Below are positions 32,122-43,000 of a stretch of DNA of 64,000 nt, in pieces (position 1 is the first letter of the stretch; the number at the start of each line of letters is the position of its first letter). The position numbers were made by a program, and so were the translations under genes. This stretch comes from an uncultured Treponema sp. (lineage in GTDB: Bacteria > Spirochaetota > Spirochaetia > Treponematales > Treponemataceae), in NCBI GenBank assembly GCA_937923945.1, contig CALDWC010000014.1:435-64434 (forward strand), written 5' to 3'. Below the pieces are notes generated by a model. The model did not search any database and was not told the DNA's origin. It was given only the letters and a program-made list of their open reading frames with translations.

Positions 32122-32475
32122 ATGGCAGGAAAAGATTATAGAAGTACAAGCAAGTTTTTGATTGCCTCACCGACCAAAGTCAGACCGGTTGCAAAAACGG
32201 TAAAATCAAAACCGTATACCGAGGCGATGGCAATTTTAGAAAATATGCCGAACAAAGGCGCTCGTATTATTTCGCAAACCATGAAGTCAGCGGTTTCAAA
32301 CGCGCTTCATGAAGACAAAAACTTGGATGAAGATATGATGTTTGTAAAAGATGTCATGATTGACGAGGGACCGCGGCTTCGCCGTATTTGGTGTCGCGGA
32401 AAAGGGCGTGCAGATATTTTGTTAAAACGCATGTGCCATGTTACCGTTGTCTTGAACAAAAAGGATGGTGAATAA
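32122..32475 (+). CDS. rplV: 50S ribosomal protein L22
   Basis: 117 aa. Operon position. L22-like. Confidence 0.92.
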   Translation: MAGKDYRSTSKFLIASPTKVRPVAKTVKSKPYTEAMAILENMPNKGARIISQTMKSAVSNALHEDKNLDEDMMFVKDVMIDEGPRLRRIWCRGKGRADILLKRMCHVTVVLNKKDGE

Positions 32476-33188
32476 TGGGTCAGAAAGTAAACCCGATCGG
32501 TTTGCGATTGGGAATTAACAAAACGTGGTCTTCGCATTGGTATGCCGACCCGAAACGATATCCCGAGTTGTTGCATGAGGATTTACGGATTAAAAAACTT
32601 ATTCGAACTATGCCGGAAGCAAAAAATGCTGAAATCGCTGATATCGAAATTATGCGTCATCCGCAACGGGTAACGGTTATCGTTCACACTGCTCGTCCCG
32701 GTGTTATTATCGGTGCAAAGGGTGCGAATATTGAAAAAATCAGTGCAGAGTTGCAAAAAAAATTTGTTAAGAAGATTCAAATCAAGGTGAAGGAAGTGAA
32801 ACGACCGGAGCTGAATGCGAATCTTGTAGCTCAGAGTGTTGCACGTCAGTTGGAAGGACGCGCTGCTTTCAGACGTGTTTTGAAGCAGGCAATTCACAAC
32901 ACCATGCGGTCGGGCGGAGAAGGAATTAAAATTCGTCTTTCCGGTCGATTGGGCGGTGCGGATATGTCTCGAACCGAGGAAATGAAGGAAGGTCGAACGC
33001 CGCTTCACACTCTTCGTGCCGACATTGATTATGGTTTTGATGAAGCCGACACAACATACGGTAAAATAGGCGTTAAGGTTTGGTTGTATACCGGTCTTAA
33101 ATTCACCAATGAAACTCGAGAGGATGCAGGACAGCTTTTGAAAAAACAAAAGCAACCTCGCGCTCCGCGTCCTGAACAAAGTAAATAG
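32475..33188 (+). CDS. rpsC: 30S ribosomal protein S3
   Basis: [25 protein letters not shown]-terminus, KH domain. Confidence 0.96.
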   Translation: MGQKVNPIGLRLGINKTWSSHWYADPKRYPELLHEDLRIKKLIRTMPEAKNAEIADIEIMRHPQRVTVIVHTARPGVIIGAKGANIEKISAELQKKFVKKIQIKVKEVKRPELNANLVAQSVARQLEGRAAFRRVLKQAIHNTMRSGGEGIKIRLSGRLGGADMSRTEEMKEGRTPLHTLRADIDYGFDEADTTYGKIGVKVWLYTGLKFTNETREDAGQLLKKQKQPRAPRPEQSK

Positions 33189-33197
33189 GAGAAGATT

Positions 33198-33617
33198 ATG
33201 GCTTTAAGTCCTAAAAGAGTAAAATATCGAAAGGTTCAACGCGGACGTATAAAAGGCGAAGCTACTCGCTGTAACTCTATTGATTTCGGTGAGTATGCGC
33301 TGGTGTCGCTTGAACCGTTTTGGCTCACAAACAGGCAAATTGAAGCGGCTCGTGTTGCAATTAACCGTCGAATTAAACGCGGTGGAAAGGTTTGGATTCG
33401 AGTTTTCCCGGATAAACCCTATACAAAAAAACCGGCTGAAACGCGAATGGGTAAGGGAAAGGGCGCTCCTGAGTACTGGGTTGCCGTAGTGAAACCGGGT
33501 ACTGTTTTGTTCGAACTTGGCGGTGTCGAACGTGATATTGCTGCAGACGCGATGAAGTTGGCTGGAAGCAAATTGCCGTTTAAGACGCGGTTTGCTGAGC
33601 AAGTTCGCAAAGAATAG
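33198..33617 (+). CDS. rplP: 50S ribosomal protein L16
   Basis: [24 protein letters not shown]. Confidence 0.96.
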   Translation: MALSPKRVKYRKVQRGRIKGEATRCNSIDFGEYALVSLEPFWLTNRQIEAARVAINRRIKRGGKVWIRVFPDKPYTKKPAETRMGKGKGAPEYWVAVVKPGTVLFELGGVERDIAADAMKLAGSKLPFKTRFAEQVRKE

Positions 33618-33625
33618 AGGTTAGC

Positions 33626-33835
33626 ATGGCAAAAAAAATAAAACTACATGAAATGTCGATGGAAGAGTTGACGGCAAAGCGAGCTGAAATTAAAAAAGAG
33701 TATTTCGACTTGCGTTGTCAGGCTGTGGTCGGGCATGTCGAAAATCCGCTTTTGAAAAGAACGTTACGTCGACAGATTGCAGCGTTGAATACGGTGATCA
33801 GGGCGAAAGAACTCGCTTCTGAAGAAATAAAATAG
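33626..33835 (+). CDS. rpmC: 50S ribosomal protein L29
   Basis: 69 aa. Operon position. Confidence 0.9.
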   Translation: MAKKIKLHEMSMEELTAKRAEIKKEYFDLRCQAVVGHVENPLLKRTLRRQIAALNTVIRAKELASEEIK

Positions 33836-33844
33836 GAGTAAACG

Positions 33845-34111
33845 ATGGTAACTGAAAAGCAAAACATCGGTAAACGTGAGTTTATCGGACTTGTCACCAG
33901 CGACAAAATGGATAAAACGATTGTCGTACAAGTGAGCACGCGAAAGTTGCATCGCTTGTATAAAAAGTATGTTACGCGCAGTAAAAAATATCATGCTCAT
34001 GATGAAAAGAATGAAGCACATATCGGTGATACGGTTCGCATTTGTGAAAGTCGTCCTTTAAGCAAAACAAAGGCGTGGAAGCTGGTTGAAGTTGTTGAGC
34101 GAGCAAAATAG
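33845..34111 (+). CDS. rpsQ: 30S ribosomal protein S17
   Basis: 88 aa. [14 protein letters not shown] motif. Confidence 0.93.
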   Translation: MVTEKQNIGKREFIGLVTSDKMDKTIVVQVSTRKLHRLYKKYVTRSKKYHAHDEKNEAHIGDTVRICESRPLSKTKAWKLVEVVERAK

Positions 34112-34126
34112 CACGGGAGTTTTAAG

Positions 34127-34495
34127 ATGATTCAAGTATGTTCAAGATTAAATGTTGCTGATAACTCCGGAGCGAAACAAGTTGAATGTATCAAGGTTAT
34201 TGGCGGAACAAGGCGACGATATGCGACAATCGGCGATATTATCGTTGTGGCGGTGAAAGATGTCTTGCCGACATCGACGATTAAAAAAGGTTCAATCCAG
34301 AAAGCGGTTATTGTGCGGGTTTCAAAAGAGTACCGCCGTGCCGATGGAACGTATATTCGATTTGATGATAATGCGTGTGTTTTGGTTGATGATAACAAAA
34401 ATCCGCGCGGTAAGCGTATTTTTGGACCTGTTGCTCGTGAGCTTCGCGATCATGATTTTATGAAAATTGTTTCGCTGGCTCCGGAAGTATTATAA
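34127..34495 (+). CDS. rplN: 50S ribosomal protein L14
   Basis: [18 protein letters not shown]-terminus. Confidence 0.96.
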   Translation: MIQVCSRLNVADNSGAKQVECIKVIGGTRRRYATIGDIIVVAVKDVLPTSTIKKGSIQKAVIVRVSKEYRRADGTYIRFDDNACVLVDDNKNPRGKRIFGPVARELRDHDFMKIVSLAPEVL

Positions 34496-34504
34496 GAGGG
34501 CTGT

Positions 34505-34843
34505 ATGGCAAAGAGTAATAGTGATGCAAGAGCAAAAGCGCTTAATATTAAGCGTGATGATACGGTTGAAATTATCACGGGTAAAGATAAAAAAAAGCGC
34601 GGAACGGTTATTAAAACCGTGCCGTCTCAAAATACTGTTTTAGTTCGCGGATTGAATATGGTGAGCAAAACCATGCGCCCCCGCAGTCAGCAGGAAAAAG
34701 GCGGTATCGTGCAGATTGAAGCTCCGATTGATGTTTCAAATGTTATGATTATTTGTAAAAAATGCGGAAAAACCCGCATTGGTTATGAAGTAAAAGACGG
34801 CAAACGGGTACGCGTTTGCAAAAAATGTGGAGAAGCTTTATAA
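34505..34843 (+). CDS. rplX: 50S ribosomal protein L24
   Basis: KOW motif region. Operon position. Confidence 0.92.
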   Translation: MAKSNSDARAKALNIKRDDTVEIITGKDKKKRGTVIKTVPSQNTVLVRGLNMVSKTMRPRSQQEKGGIVQIEAPIDVSNVMIICKKCGKTRIGYEVKDGKRVRVCKKCGEAL

Positions 34844-35394
34844 TGAGTGATTATGTACCTCGGCTTAAGAAAGTCTATAATGAAAAAATTATGAATGAGC
34901 TTACGGAGCAATTTAAATATACATCCGTAATGCAAGTGCCAAAGCTTAAAAAAATCGTTCTTAGTATGGGAGTCGGACAGGCTTTGACAAACAGGAAACT
35001 ACTTGATGCTGCTGTGGAAGATTTGCAAACAATTTCGGGACAGTTACCGGTTAAGACCAAGGCTCGAAAAAGTATTGCAAACTTTAAGCTTCGAGAAGGT
35101 GCGGAAATCGGTGCGATGGTAACATTGCGCGGTGCGAAAATGTATGAGTTTTTAGACCGATTTATAAATGTAGCCTTGCCGCGTGTAAAGGATTTTCACG
35201 GTGTAAGTGCAAATGCTTTTGACGGACATGGAAATTATTCCGTCGGGGTAACCGAACAGATTATTTTCCCGGAAATTGACTTCGATAAGATTGAACAGGT
35301 TGCGGGACTGAATATTTGTATCGTTACCAGTGCAAATACCGACAATGAAGCAAAAGCATTGTTGGAAAAATTCGGTATGCCGTTTAGGAAATAG
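34843..35394 (+). CDS. rplE: 50S ribosomal protein L5. Start at the ATG overlapping the rplX stop (TAATG)
   Basis: [20 protein letters not shown]... L5 family sequence. The upstream part of the annotated ORF overlaps rplX. Confidence 0.94.
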   Translation: MSDYVPRLKKVYNEKIMNELTEQFKYTSVMQVPKLKKIVLSMGVGQALTNRKLLDAAVEDLQTISGQLPVKTKARKSIANFKLREGAEIGAMVTLRGAKMYEFLDRFINVALPRVKDFHGVSANAFDGHGNYSVGVTEQIIFPEIDFDKIEQVAGLNICIVTSANTDNEAKALLEKFGMPFRK

Positions 35395-35405
35395 GAGAGG
35401 TTACT

Positions 35406-35591
35406 GTGGCTAAAAAATCGAAAATTATACAGGCAAATGGAAAATTTAAGTATTCGACACAGCGATATAACCGCTGTAAAATTTGCGGACGTCCTCGCGG
35501 ATATATGCGCAAATTTCAAATGTGCCGAATTTGTTTTAGAAAATTGGCTAGCGAAGGTCAACTTCCCGGCGTAACAAAATCGAGTTGGTAG
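35406..35591 (+). CDS. rpsN: 30S ribosomal protein S14 type Z (zinc-binding, 61 aa)
   Basis: [22 protein letters not shown]. Confidence 0.95.
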   Translation: MAKKSKIIQANGKFKYSTQRYNRCKICGRPRGYMRKFQMCRICFRKLASEGQLPGVTKSSW

Positions 35592-35601
35592 GAGGCGAAG
35601 A

Positions 35602-36000
35602 ATGAGTGTTTCAGATCCGGTAGCAGATATGCTCACAAAAATTAGAAATGCTTCAGTTGCAGGACATGAACATGTTGATGTTTCTGCTTCGAGACTTAAG
35701 CTGGAAATTATAAAAATATTGAAAGATGAAGGCTACATTAAAGCGTTCAAAAAGGTATCCCAAGAAGGCGGTAACTCCATTCGTGTAACTTTGAAATATG
35801 ACGATAAAGAACGTTCCGTTATTCACGGAATTGAGCGGATTTCAACACCGGGACGCAGACGATATTCCGGGTACAAGGATTTACCGCGGGTTTTCAACGG
35901 TTACGGTACATTGATTGTTTCAACTTCGATGGGCGTTACAACGGGAAAGGTTGCCGACCAAAATCGTGTTGGCGGTGAACTTATTTGTAAGGTTTGGTAG
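35602..36000 (+). CDS. rpsH: 30S ribosomal protein S8
   Basis: [18 protein letters not shown]-terminus. Confidence 0.96.
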   Translation: MSVSDPVADMLTKIRNASVAGHEHVDVSASRLKLEIIKILKDEGYIKAFKKVSQEGGNSIRVTLKYDDKERSVIHGIERISTPGRRRYSGYKDLPRVFNGYGTLIVSTSMGVTTGKVADQNRVGGELICKVW

Positions 36001-36009
36001 GAGAAAAGT

Positions 36010-36546
36010 ATGTCAAGAATTGGAAATCTTCCGGTTACAGTTCCGGCAGGTGTAAAGGTGAGCGTTGCAGGAAATGTCCTTTCGGTTGAAGGTCCGAAGG
36101 GAAAACTGCAGCAAGAGTTTTCTCCGGAAATTGACTTGAAAGTTGAAGACGGTAAACTGATTTTACACCGTAAAAACGATAAACTTCAAACGAAAGCCTA
36201 CCACGGTTTGTATCGAAGTTTGTTCAACAATATGGTTAAAGGTGTTTCTGAAGGTTTTTCGAAAACGCTCGTTATCAACGGAGTCGGTTACAAAGCTGAA
36301 GTGCAGGGACAAATTTTACTTTTGTCGCTCGGTTATTCAAACGATATTTCGGTGTATATTCCGGAAGGCTTAACGGTAACCGTTGACCAGTTAAAAGTTA
36401 AAATTTCGGGAGCGTCAAAAGAACTTGTCGGTGAGTTTGCTGCTCAAGTGCGGCGATTGCGTGGACCTGAACCGTATAAGGGAAAAGGTATTCGATATGA
36501 AGACGAAGTTATACTTCGGAAAGTCGGTAAAACCGGTGTTAAATAG
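36010..36546 (+). CDS. rplF: 50S ribosomal protein L6
   Basis: [17 protein letters not shown]. Confidence 0.96.
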   Translation: MSRIGNLPVTVPAGVKVSVAGNVLSVEGPKGKLQQEFSPEIDLKVEDGKLILHRKNDKLQTKAYHGLYRSLFNNMVKGVSEGFSKTLVINGVGYKAEVQGQILLLSLGYSNDISVYIPEGLTVTVDQLKVKISGASKELVGEFAAQVRRLRGPEPYKGKGIRYEDEVILRKVGKTGVK

Positions 36547-36556
36547 AAGGTAAGCT

Positions 36557-36919
36557 ATGAATAAAAAACTTAATGATAAACAACGACGCCACTTAAAGCG
36601 AAAGATACACATTCGAAAGCAAATTCACGGAACGATGGAACGTCCGCGACTTTCAGTATTCAGAAGCAACAAGAACCTTTATTTGCAGGTTATCGATGAC
36701 GACAAGGCAAATACTATTCTTTCCGTATGTACCTTGGAAAAAGAATTCGAAAATGATAAGCTGAATAAAGCAACCGGCGAAAAGGTCGGCTTGGAAATGG
36801 GAAAGCGATTGAAAGATAAAAATATCTCTTCTATAGTGTTTGATAGAAATGGATATTTGTATCACGGTGTAGTAAAGGCTGTCGCCGACGGTGTGCGAAA
36901 AGCCGGAATTGAATTTTAG
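36557..36919 (+). CDS. rplR: 50S ribosomal protein L18
   Basis: 120 aa. RLSVFRSNKNLYLQVIDD. Confidence 0.94.
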   Translation: MNKKLNDKQRRHLKRKIHIRKQIHGTMERPRLSVFRSNKNLYLQVIDDDKANTILSVCTLEKEFENDKLNKATGEKVGLEMGKRLKDKNISSIVFDRNGYLYHGVVKAVADGVRKAGIEF

Positions 36920-36928
36920 GAGTAGGGC

Positions 36929-37444
36929 ATGAATCGTCAAAGAAATAATAGAGCTGAAAACTCGGGACCGGAATTGGTTGAAAAACTTATTAAGTTGAAC
37001 CGAACAGCGAAAGTTGTAAAAGGCGGGCGACGCTTTTCTTTTTCGGCTTTAACGGTTGTCGGCGACCAAAAAGGCAATGTCGGTTTCGGTTTCGGTAAAG
37101 CGAACGATGCGAGCGAAGCGATTAAAAAAAGTATTGCAAAAGCAAAAACCCAAATGGTAAAATTGCCGCTGAAAAATGGAACTTTGCCGCACGAAATTAG
37201 CGGAAAGTATAAGGGTGCAAAAGTGTTGTTGCGTCCGGCTTGCGAAGGTACCGGAATTATTGCCGGCGGTACTATCCGTGCAATTATGGAAGCAGCCGGA
37301 GCAACGGATGTTTTGTCAAAGTCTTTGGGATCAAGCACGACGGTAAACGTAGTTCGTGCAGTGTTCGGAGCAACCGAACAGCTCATGGATGGCAAAACGA
37401 TTGCGAAAAACCGCGGTAAATCACTTACCGACGTGTGGGGTTAA
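36929..37444 (+). CDS. rpsE: 30S ribosomal protein S5
   Basis: VVKGGRRFSFSALTVVGDQKGNVGFGFGKA. Confidence 0.96.
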   Translation: MNRQRNNRAENSGPELVEKLIKLNRTAKVVKGGRRFSFSALTVVGDQKGNVGFGFGKANDASEAIKKSIAKAKTQMVKLPLKNGTLPHEISGKYKGAKVLLRPACEGTGIIAGGTIRAIMEAAGATDVLSKSLGSSTTVNVVRAVFGATEQLMDGKTIAKNRGKSLTDVWG

Positions 37445-37446
37445 TT

Positions 37447-37632
37447 ATGGCAAACAAAGTAAAAATTCAATTAGTAAAAAGTCCGATTGGGCAGCGACCG
37501 GCAGTCCGTGCGACGGTTCGTTCGCTAGGGCTCGGAAAACTGAATTCAACGGTTGTTGTCAATCATAACCCGGCTATTTCCGGAATGATTGAAACGGTGA
37601 AGCATTTGGTGAGCGTAGAGGAGTTGAACTAA
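37447..37632 (+). CDS. rpmD: 50S ribosomal protein L30 (start at MANKVKIQLVKSPIG)
   Basis: Operon position. L30-like 61 aa. Confidence 0.9.
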   Translation: MANKVKIQLVKSPIGQRPAVRATVRSLGLGKLNSTVVVNHNPAISGMIETVKHLVSVEELN

Positions 37633-38087
37633 TGTCTGATTTTAATTTAATCGCACCGAAGGGTGCAAACAGAAAAAAGAAGATTGTCGGTCGCGGTAGT
37701 TCGTCAGGACGCGGTACAACTTCAGGACGCGGTACTAAGGGACAGCAAGCTCGTTCCGGCGGTAAAACGTATCCCGGATTTGAAGGCGGACAAATGCCGT
37801 TGTATCGACGGGTTGCAAAGCGCGGCTTTTCAAATTACCCGTTCAAAAAAGAACTTGCGGTGGTAAACCTTTCACAGCTTGAAGGAAAGTTTGAAGGCGG
37901 TGAGAGCGTTGATCTTGCTTCTTTAAAAAATAAAAATCTTTTGAAGAAAAATTGTGATGCGTTCAAAATTTTGGGTGACGGTGAAATTTCAAAAAGCTTG
38001 ACGGTAAATTTAAGCAAAGCTGATAAAATTTCGGCTTCGGCAAAGGAAAAAATTGAAAAAGCCGGCGGAAGCATTGTTAATTTATAA
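37632..38087 (+). CDS. rplO: 50S ribosomal protein L15
   Basis: GRGSSSGRGTTSGRGTKGQQARSG glycine/arginine-rich N-terminus. Confidence 0.95.
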   Translation: MSDFNLIAPKGANRKKKIVGRGSSSGRGTTSGRGTKGQQARSGGKTYPGFEGGQMPLYRRVAKRGFSNYPFKKELAVVNLSQLEGKFEGGESVDLASLKNKNLLKKNCDAFKILGDGEISKSLTVNLSKADKISASAKEKIEKAGGSIVNL

Positions 38088-38101
38088 ACTGGAGAGATAA
38101 G

Positions 38102-39415
38102 ATGGCTAATTCATTGGTTACCATATTCAGGATTGAAGATTTGCGTAAACGGATACTTTTTACCTTTATGGTGTTTATTGTATTCCGGTTCGGTGCACAT
38201 TTAATCATTCCTGGAATTGATCCGCAAGCGCTTTCGGCTTATTTTAAGTCGACCATGGGTAGCAACTCGTTTATCGATCAGATGGACTTTTTCGTCGGTG
38301 GAGCGTTTTCAAATTTTTCTGTGTTTATGTTAGGTGTTATGCCGTATATTTCAACGGAGATTTTGTTTCAGCTCGCGATGTTTATTTTCCCGAGCTTGAA
38401 AAAAGTTGCCGAAGAAGACGGCGGGCGCCGCAAGATCCAAGGCTGGACGCGACTTGCAACCATTGCGGTTGCATTGCTTCAGTCGACCGCGGTTATTGCA
38501 TACGTTTCGGGGATTCCCGGAGCGGTGATTATTCCGCGCGGTTGGCATATTTTTATCACGCTTTTAACGGTTACGACCGGTACGATGATAACGGTTTGGC
38601 TTGGAGAGCAAATTACCGCGCACGGAGTCGGTAACGGCATTTCTATGTTGATTTTTGCGGGTATCGTTGCCCGAATGCCGGCTGCGACATGGGAGTTAAT
38701 TAAAAAGGTGCGGGACGGTTCAGTCAACTTGGCGTTTGTTGTCTTGGCTCTTATTATGTTTATAGGAATTGTAATATTGGTTATCTATGAACAACAGGGA
38801 CAGCGAAAAATCATGGTTGACTATGCGAAGCGGGTTCGCGGGAGAAAGGTGTACGGCGGACAAAGTACGTATATTCCGTTTAAGATCAATCCGTCCGGTG
38901 TTATGCCGGTTATTTTTGCATCGTCACTTTTGATGTTCCCGGCTCAGCTTGCGAGCATGTTTGCCGGTCAAGCAAAGTGGGTGCGTTCTCTTTCGGAGTT
39001 TTTAAATCCGATGGGAATTTGGTATAATATTTTTTATGTAGTGTTTATCATTTTGTTTGCATATTTCCAAACGATGATACAGCTCAATCCGATTGAAATT
39101 GCGAAGCAGCTGCGTGAAAACGGTGGAACGATTCGCGGTATTCGGGCTGAAAAAACGGAAGAGTATTTACAAAAGGTATTAAATCGACTAATTTTTCCGG
39201 GTGCTATTTATTTAGCTATAATTGCCGTGATTCCAACAATAATTCAAAGAGCCTTTGGTTTCCCTCGAGAGATTGCTACTTTGATGGGCGGTACTTCACT
39301 GCTTATCTTGGTCGGCGTTGACCTTGAAACAATGACTCAAATTGAAGCACAGCTAAAAATGCATCATCACGAAGGATTGGTAAAAAAAGGCAGACTGCGC
39401 AGTCGTGGACTGTAG
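38102..39415 (+). CDS. secY: Preprotein translocase subunit SecY
   Basis: 10 TM helices. RILFTFMVFIVFRFGAHLIIPGID N-terminus. 437 aa. Confidence 0.96.
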   Translation: MANSLVTIFRIEDLRKRILFTFMVFIVFRFGAHLIIPGIDPQALSAYFKSTMGSNSFIDQMDFFVGGAFSNFSVFMLGVMPYISTEILFQLAMFIFPSLKKVAEEDGGRRKIQGWTRLATIAVALLQSTAVIAYVSGIPGAVIIPRGWHIFITLLTVTTGTMITVWLGEQITAHGVGNGISMLIFAGIVARMPAATWELIKKVRDGSVNLAFVVLALIMFIGIVILVIYEQQGQRKIMVDYAKRVRGRKVYGGQSTYIPFKINPSGVMPVIFASSLLMFPAQLASMFAGQAKWVRSLSEFLNPMGIWYNIFYVVFIILFAYFQTMIQLNPIEIAKQLRENGGTIRGIRAEKTEEYLQKVLNRLIFPGAIYLAIIAVIPTIIQRAFGFPREIATLMGGTSLLILVGVDLETMTQIEAQLKMHHHEGLVKKGRLRSRGL

Positions 39416-39430
39416 GTCGAGGAGTTTGAT

Positions 39431-39544
39431 ATGAAAGTGAGAACTAGTGTAAAACCTATTTGCGACAAATGCAAGGTTATTAAACGGCGAGGAATTGTGC
39501 GGATAATCTGCACAAATCCGAAGCATAAACAAAGACAAGGTTGA
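39431..39544 (+). CDS. rpmJ: 50S ribosomal protein L36 (37 aa; not in the ORF track)
   Basis: Translated by hand: [37 protein letters not shown]. Confidence 0.93.
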   Translation: MKVRTSVKPICDKCKVIKRRGIVRIICTNPKHKQRQG

Positions 39545-39555
39545 TGGAGGACTGA

Positions 39556-39921
39556 ATGGCTCGTATTGCTGGAGTTGATCTCCCGAATAAACATGTGCGT
39601 ATAGCATTGACGTATATCTTTGGTATTTCACGGTCTTCTGCTGAAAAGATTTGCGAAAAGTCGAAGATTGATCCGACGAGAAATATGAACGATTTGAGCA
39701 ACGAAGAACTTGCCGTTTTGCGCGAAATCGTTGATAAAGAGTATAAGGTGGAAGGACGTTTGCGAACGGAAGTTGCGTTAAACATCAAGCGTTTGCAGGA
39801 CATCGGGTCTTATCGCGGACAACGTCACCGAAAAGGTTTGCCGGTTCGCGGACAGCGAACGCGTACGAACGCTCGAACACGCAAAGGTAAGAAAAAGACC
39901 GTTGCCGGAAAGAAAAAGTAA
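39556..39921 (+). CDS. rpsM: 30S ribosomal protein S13
   Basis: [24 protein letters not shown]. Confidence 0.96.
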   Translation: MARIAGVDLPNKHVRIALTYIFGISRSSAEKICEKSKIDPTRNMNDLSNEELAVLREIVDKEYKVEGRLRTEVALNIKRLQDIGSYRGQRHRKGLPVRGQRTRTNARTRKGKKKTVAGKKK

Positions 39922-39930
39922 TCGGAGGAT

Positions 39931-40320
39931 ATGATGGCTAACGCAAAAAAACAAAAACGAAGAGAAAAGCGAACGGTTGACACCGGAAATGTTTATATTC
40001 AAGCAACTTTTAATAACACAATTGTCACCATTACCGACTTGAATGGAAATGCAATTGCGTGGGCTTCCTCAGGCGGGCTCGGGTTTGCAGGACCGAAAAA
40101 GTCAACACCTTTTGCAGCGCAAACGGTTGTGGACGCTGCAGTGCAAAAAGCTCAACCTTACGGTTTGCGTGAGGTTCATGTTTTTGTAAAAGGACCGGGT
40201 GCAGGACGTGAATCTGCGATTAGGGCACTTGGTTTACGGGGCTTAAAAGTTCGCTCCATCAGCGACGTAACCCCCATACCGCACAACGGTTGCCGCCCTA
40301 AAAAGACAAGACGAGTTTAA
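39931..40320 (+). CDS. rpsK: 30S ribosomal protein S11
   Basis: [40 protein letters not shown]. Confidence 0.96.
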   Translation: MMANAKKQKRREKRTVDTGNVYIQATFNNTIVTITDLNGNAIAWASSGGLGFAGPKKSTPFAAQTVVDAAVQKAQPYGLREVHVFVKGPGAGRESAIRALGLRGLKVRSISDVTPIPHNGCRPKKTRRV

Positions 40321-40331
40321 GTGAGGCTTAG

Positions 40332-41375
40332 ATGGTTCGAAAAAATCTATTGAAAGGCTTTAAAAGACCGAAGGGCGTTGAGTTTAATCATGATGAAGCA
40401 ACGGAAAATTACGGAAAATTTTCAGCTTCGCCTTTTGAAGTCGGCTTTGGAACGACGATCGGCAACTGCCTGCGGCGGATTTTACTGTCTTCGATTCAAG
40501 GTTATGCGGTTTCGGCGGTGCGGATTACGACGTATAATGCCGACAATGTGCCGAAATTGATTTCGAGTGAGTTTGAAAATATTCCGGGTGTTGTTGAAGA
40601 TACCGTTGAGGTTTTAAATAACATCAAGCATCTAAATCTCAAGTTGCTGACTGAAGAGGATTCCGCAACATTTATGTTTGAGTTCCAAGGCAAAAAGACA
40701 ATTACCGGTAAGGACTTTGCCGTTGACGGAAATTTGGAAGTTATTAACGGTGATAAGTTCGTGATGGAATTGATGGATGATGCGCATTTTGAAATTGAAC
40801 TGCAGGTTGACTTCGGTCGCGGTTTTGTGCCTGCTGAAGTGAACGAAAAGTACATTGACATTATGGGCAGTATTCCGCTTGATGCACTGTATTCACCGGT
40901 TGAAAAGGTGAATTATCGTATTGAGCCGTGCCGTGTTGGTCAGCGAAGCGATTATGATAAGCTGATTTTGGAAATTTTCACTGACGGAACGGTGAGTGCC
41001 GAAGATGTGCTTGCCGAAGCGGCAAAAATCGCAAAAGAGCATTTTACGGTTTTCTTGAATTTTGACGAAACCGATTTTGATGTTGATGATGAAGAAGACG
41101 GCGAAGATTTTGCAATGAAAAAGCTGTTGGAAATTCCTGTGAAGGATTTGGAGCTGACCGTTCGTGCAAAAAACTGTCTGGATAACGCAGGAATTAAAAC
41201 GATTGGTGAACTCGTTCAACGAACGGAAGACGAAATCGCGAACATGCGGAATGTCGGTGCAAAGAGTTTAAACGAAATCAAAGAAAAATTGCAAGAGCGA
41301 AATTTGAGGTTGGGTATGACTGACGAAAGTCATCTGGAAGAAATTACGAAGAGGGAAGAAATAGATGAAGCATAA
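40332..41375 (+). CDS. rpoA: DNA-directed RNA polymerase subunit alpha
   Basis: NTD ([15 protein letters not shown]) and CTD ([23 protein letters not shown]). Confidence 0.96.
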   Translation: MVRKNLLKGFKRPKGVEFNHDEATENYGKFSASPFEVGFGTTIGNCLRRILLSSIQGYAVSAVRITTYNADNVPKLISSEFENIPGVVEDTVEVLNNIKHLNLKLLTEEDSATFMFEFQGKKTITGKDFAVDGNLEVINGDKFVMELMDDAHFEIELQVDFGRGFVPAEVNEKYIDIMGSIPLDALYSPVEKVNYRIEPCRVGQRSDYDKLILEIFTDGTVSAEDVLAEAAKIAKEHFTVFLNFDETDFDVDDEEDGEDFAMKKLLEIPVKDLELTVRAKNCLDNAGIKTIGELVQRTEDEIANMRNVGAKSLNEIKEKLQERNLRLGMTDESHLEEITKREEIDEA

Positions 41376-41910
41376 ACAAGGCTTTAATCCGCTGTCACGA
41401 CGAAGTGCCCACCGACGAGCGCTTCATAGAAACATGGTTACATCGCTTTTCAAACATGAGCGGATTACAACAACAAAACAAAAAGCGATGGAAGTAAGGC
41501 GAACGGCTGAAAAGCTCATTACGCGTGCAAAAGTTGATTCGGTTCACAATCGTCGGGAAACCGCCAAGTGGATTGGAGATGAAGCTGTTTTGAACAAGCT
41601 TTTTACGGACATCAGCCCGCGTATGAAAGATCGGAACGGTGGATATACGCGCGTTATGAAGCTGGGTTTCCGACAAGGCGACGCTGCCGATTTGGCAATC
41701 TTGGAACTTGTTGACTATTCGTTCGAGGACAAAGAAAAGGCAAAAGAAGAAAAAATAAAGAATAGGAAATCTGCTGGCGATAAATCTAAAACCAAAGCAG
41801 CTGCAACGAAAACAACAAAAAAAGAACGCTCAAATATAAACGATAAGAACGTTTCCGAAAATACTGCCCAGAAGGGACAGAGGAGGTTCAACCGTGTCAA
41901 AGGCTCATAG
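41365..41910 (+). CDS. rplQ: 50S ribosomal protein L17, with a ~55-aa Lys-rich C-terminal extension
   Basis: [35 protein letters not shown] core. Tail [32 protein letters not shown]. Confidence 0.93.
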   Translation: MKHKQGFNPLSRRSAHRRALHRNMVTSLFKHERITTTKQKAMEVRRTAEKLITRAKVDSVHNRRETAKWIGDEAVLNKLFTDISPRMKDRNGGYTRVMKLGFRQGDAADLAILELVDYSFEDKEKAKEEKIKNRKSAGDKSKTKAAATKTTKKERSNINDKNVSENTAQKGQRRFNRVKGS

Positions 41911-42094
41911 AGGAAAAGGCTTGCATGAAACTTTTAATCGAGGTCGTGGAACTTGTCCGATTTGTAAAAAAACCGGCGTAAAAGTGATCTACGAACAGGA
42001 AATCGAGGGGACTAAGCAAAATATTTGCAAAGTATGCAAAGCAACACTCGAAAACAAAAAAAAGGCAAGTGCTAAAACAGAAGCGGAAGCATAA
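41894..42094 (+). CDS. Small Cys4 zinc-ribbon protein (66 aa, GTG start) overlapping the last 17 nt of rplQ
   Basis: Perfect SD AGGAGG at 41881-41886, 7 nt before the GTG. CPIC-x20-CKVC. Confidence 0.5.
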   Translation: MSKAHRGKGLHETFNRGRGTCPICKKTGVKVIYEQEIEGTKQNICKVCKATLENKKKASAKTEAEA

Positions 42095-42100
42095 ATCCGA

Positions 42101-42130
42101 AGGCGAAACTGAATAGGTTTCGCCTTTTTT
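42101..42130 (+). terminator. Rho-independent terminator GGCGAAAC-tgaatag-GTTTCGCC-TTTTTT ending the ribosomal superoperon
   Basis: Perfect 8-bp GC-rich stem plus a T6 run. Confidence 0.8.
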
Positions 42131-42232
42131 GTCTGAAAGTCAGACCCCTCAGTTGTATAAATCCTAGAACTATGAGTGTATTTTCTTGAAAACTAGTAGC
42201 GGCGTAAAATGTCAAAGTTTTAATGTGAGATA

Positions 42233-42261
42233 TTGACATTTACGAGGCTTTTCGTTATAAT
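42233..42261 (+). promoter_or_regulatory. Perfect consensus sigma70 promoter TTGACA-17nt-TATAAT
   Basis: -35 at 42233-42238, -10 at 42256-42261. Drives the small ORF at 42289. Confidence 0.6.
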
Positions 42262-42288
42262 AGTAAAGAAACTTAACAGGAGGTCGGA

Positions 42289-42456
42289 ATGGCTGTAAGT
42301 AAGAACTCGCGAACCGCGGCAGCGACACAACACTTTATCTGTCCGTGCGGTGGCGAAATTGTAACCAAGACGTTAGCGATTAACGGCAAAATCAAAAATG
42401 TTGCCGAGTGTTCAAAGTGCAAACGCGTTGAAAGACGCCCGAAAGATTTTCACTAG
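42289..42456 (+). CDS. Small zinc-ribbon protein (55 aa): MAVSKNSRTAAATQHFICPCGGEIVTKTLAINGKIKNVAECSKCKRVERRPKDFH. Not in the ORF track
   Basis: SD AGGAGG at 42278-42283 with a 5-nt spacer to the ATG. CPC-x19-CSKC. Looks paralogous to the 41894 protein. Confidence 0.5.
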   Translation: MAVSKNSRTAAATQHFICPCGGEIVTKTLAINGKIKNVAECSKCKRVERRPKDFH

Positions 42457-43000
42457 GATTTGCGACGTGACTGTGTATGGAAATGAAACGGCTCAACAGT
42501 TAAATGAAGCTGCCGGTCTTTTGACCGATGAAGGTTTTCATGATCATGCTGTTGAATGCCTCACAAAAGGGCTTTTTTTAGAGCCGGATAATGGCTATTT
42601 GTGGTTTAATCTGGCTCTTGTTTATCGGAAGCAAAATCGGAAAATCGAATCGATGTATGCTTTGAATGAAGCATTGAATTTTGTAACCGATGATCCCGAT
42701 ATTTGGGATACGATTGCCGTAGCTCTTTCCGAAATCGGCGAATTTGACGGTGCAATGTTGGCGTTTAAGCATGCGTTTGAGCATGGAAAAACATCTTCCC
42801 GTATTTGGAATAATTTCGGAACGCTTTTGTTTAATCAAAAAAACTTCTCCGAAGCACGTAATGCATTCGAAACGGCATTGGTATTGGATCAAAAAAACTA
42901 CGACGCGTTTTTGAATCTTTATGATACGTACGAAGAACTCGGTCAAAAAGATAAAGTAAAAACGTGCAATGAAATTTTAAGTAATATAGATAGTATTTAA
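42398..43000 (+). CDS. TPR-repeat protein (start uncertain; overlaps the 42289 ORF in another frame)
   Basis: Three or four TPR units (LALVYRKQNRKIESMYALNEAL, FGTLLFNQKNFSEARNAFETAL). Confidence 0.55.
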   Translation: MLPSVQSANALKDARKIFTRICDVTVYGNETAQQLNEAAGLLTDEGFHDHAVECLTKGLFLEPDNGYLWFNLALVYRKQNRKIESMYALNEALNFVTDDPDIWDTIAVALSEIGEFDGAMLAFKHAFEHGKTSSRIWNNFGTLLFNQKNFSEARNAFETALVLDQKNYDAFLNLYDTYEELGQKDKVKTCNEILSNIDSI

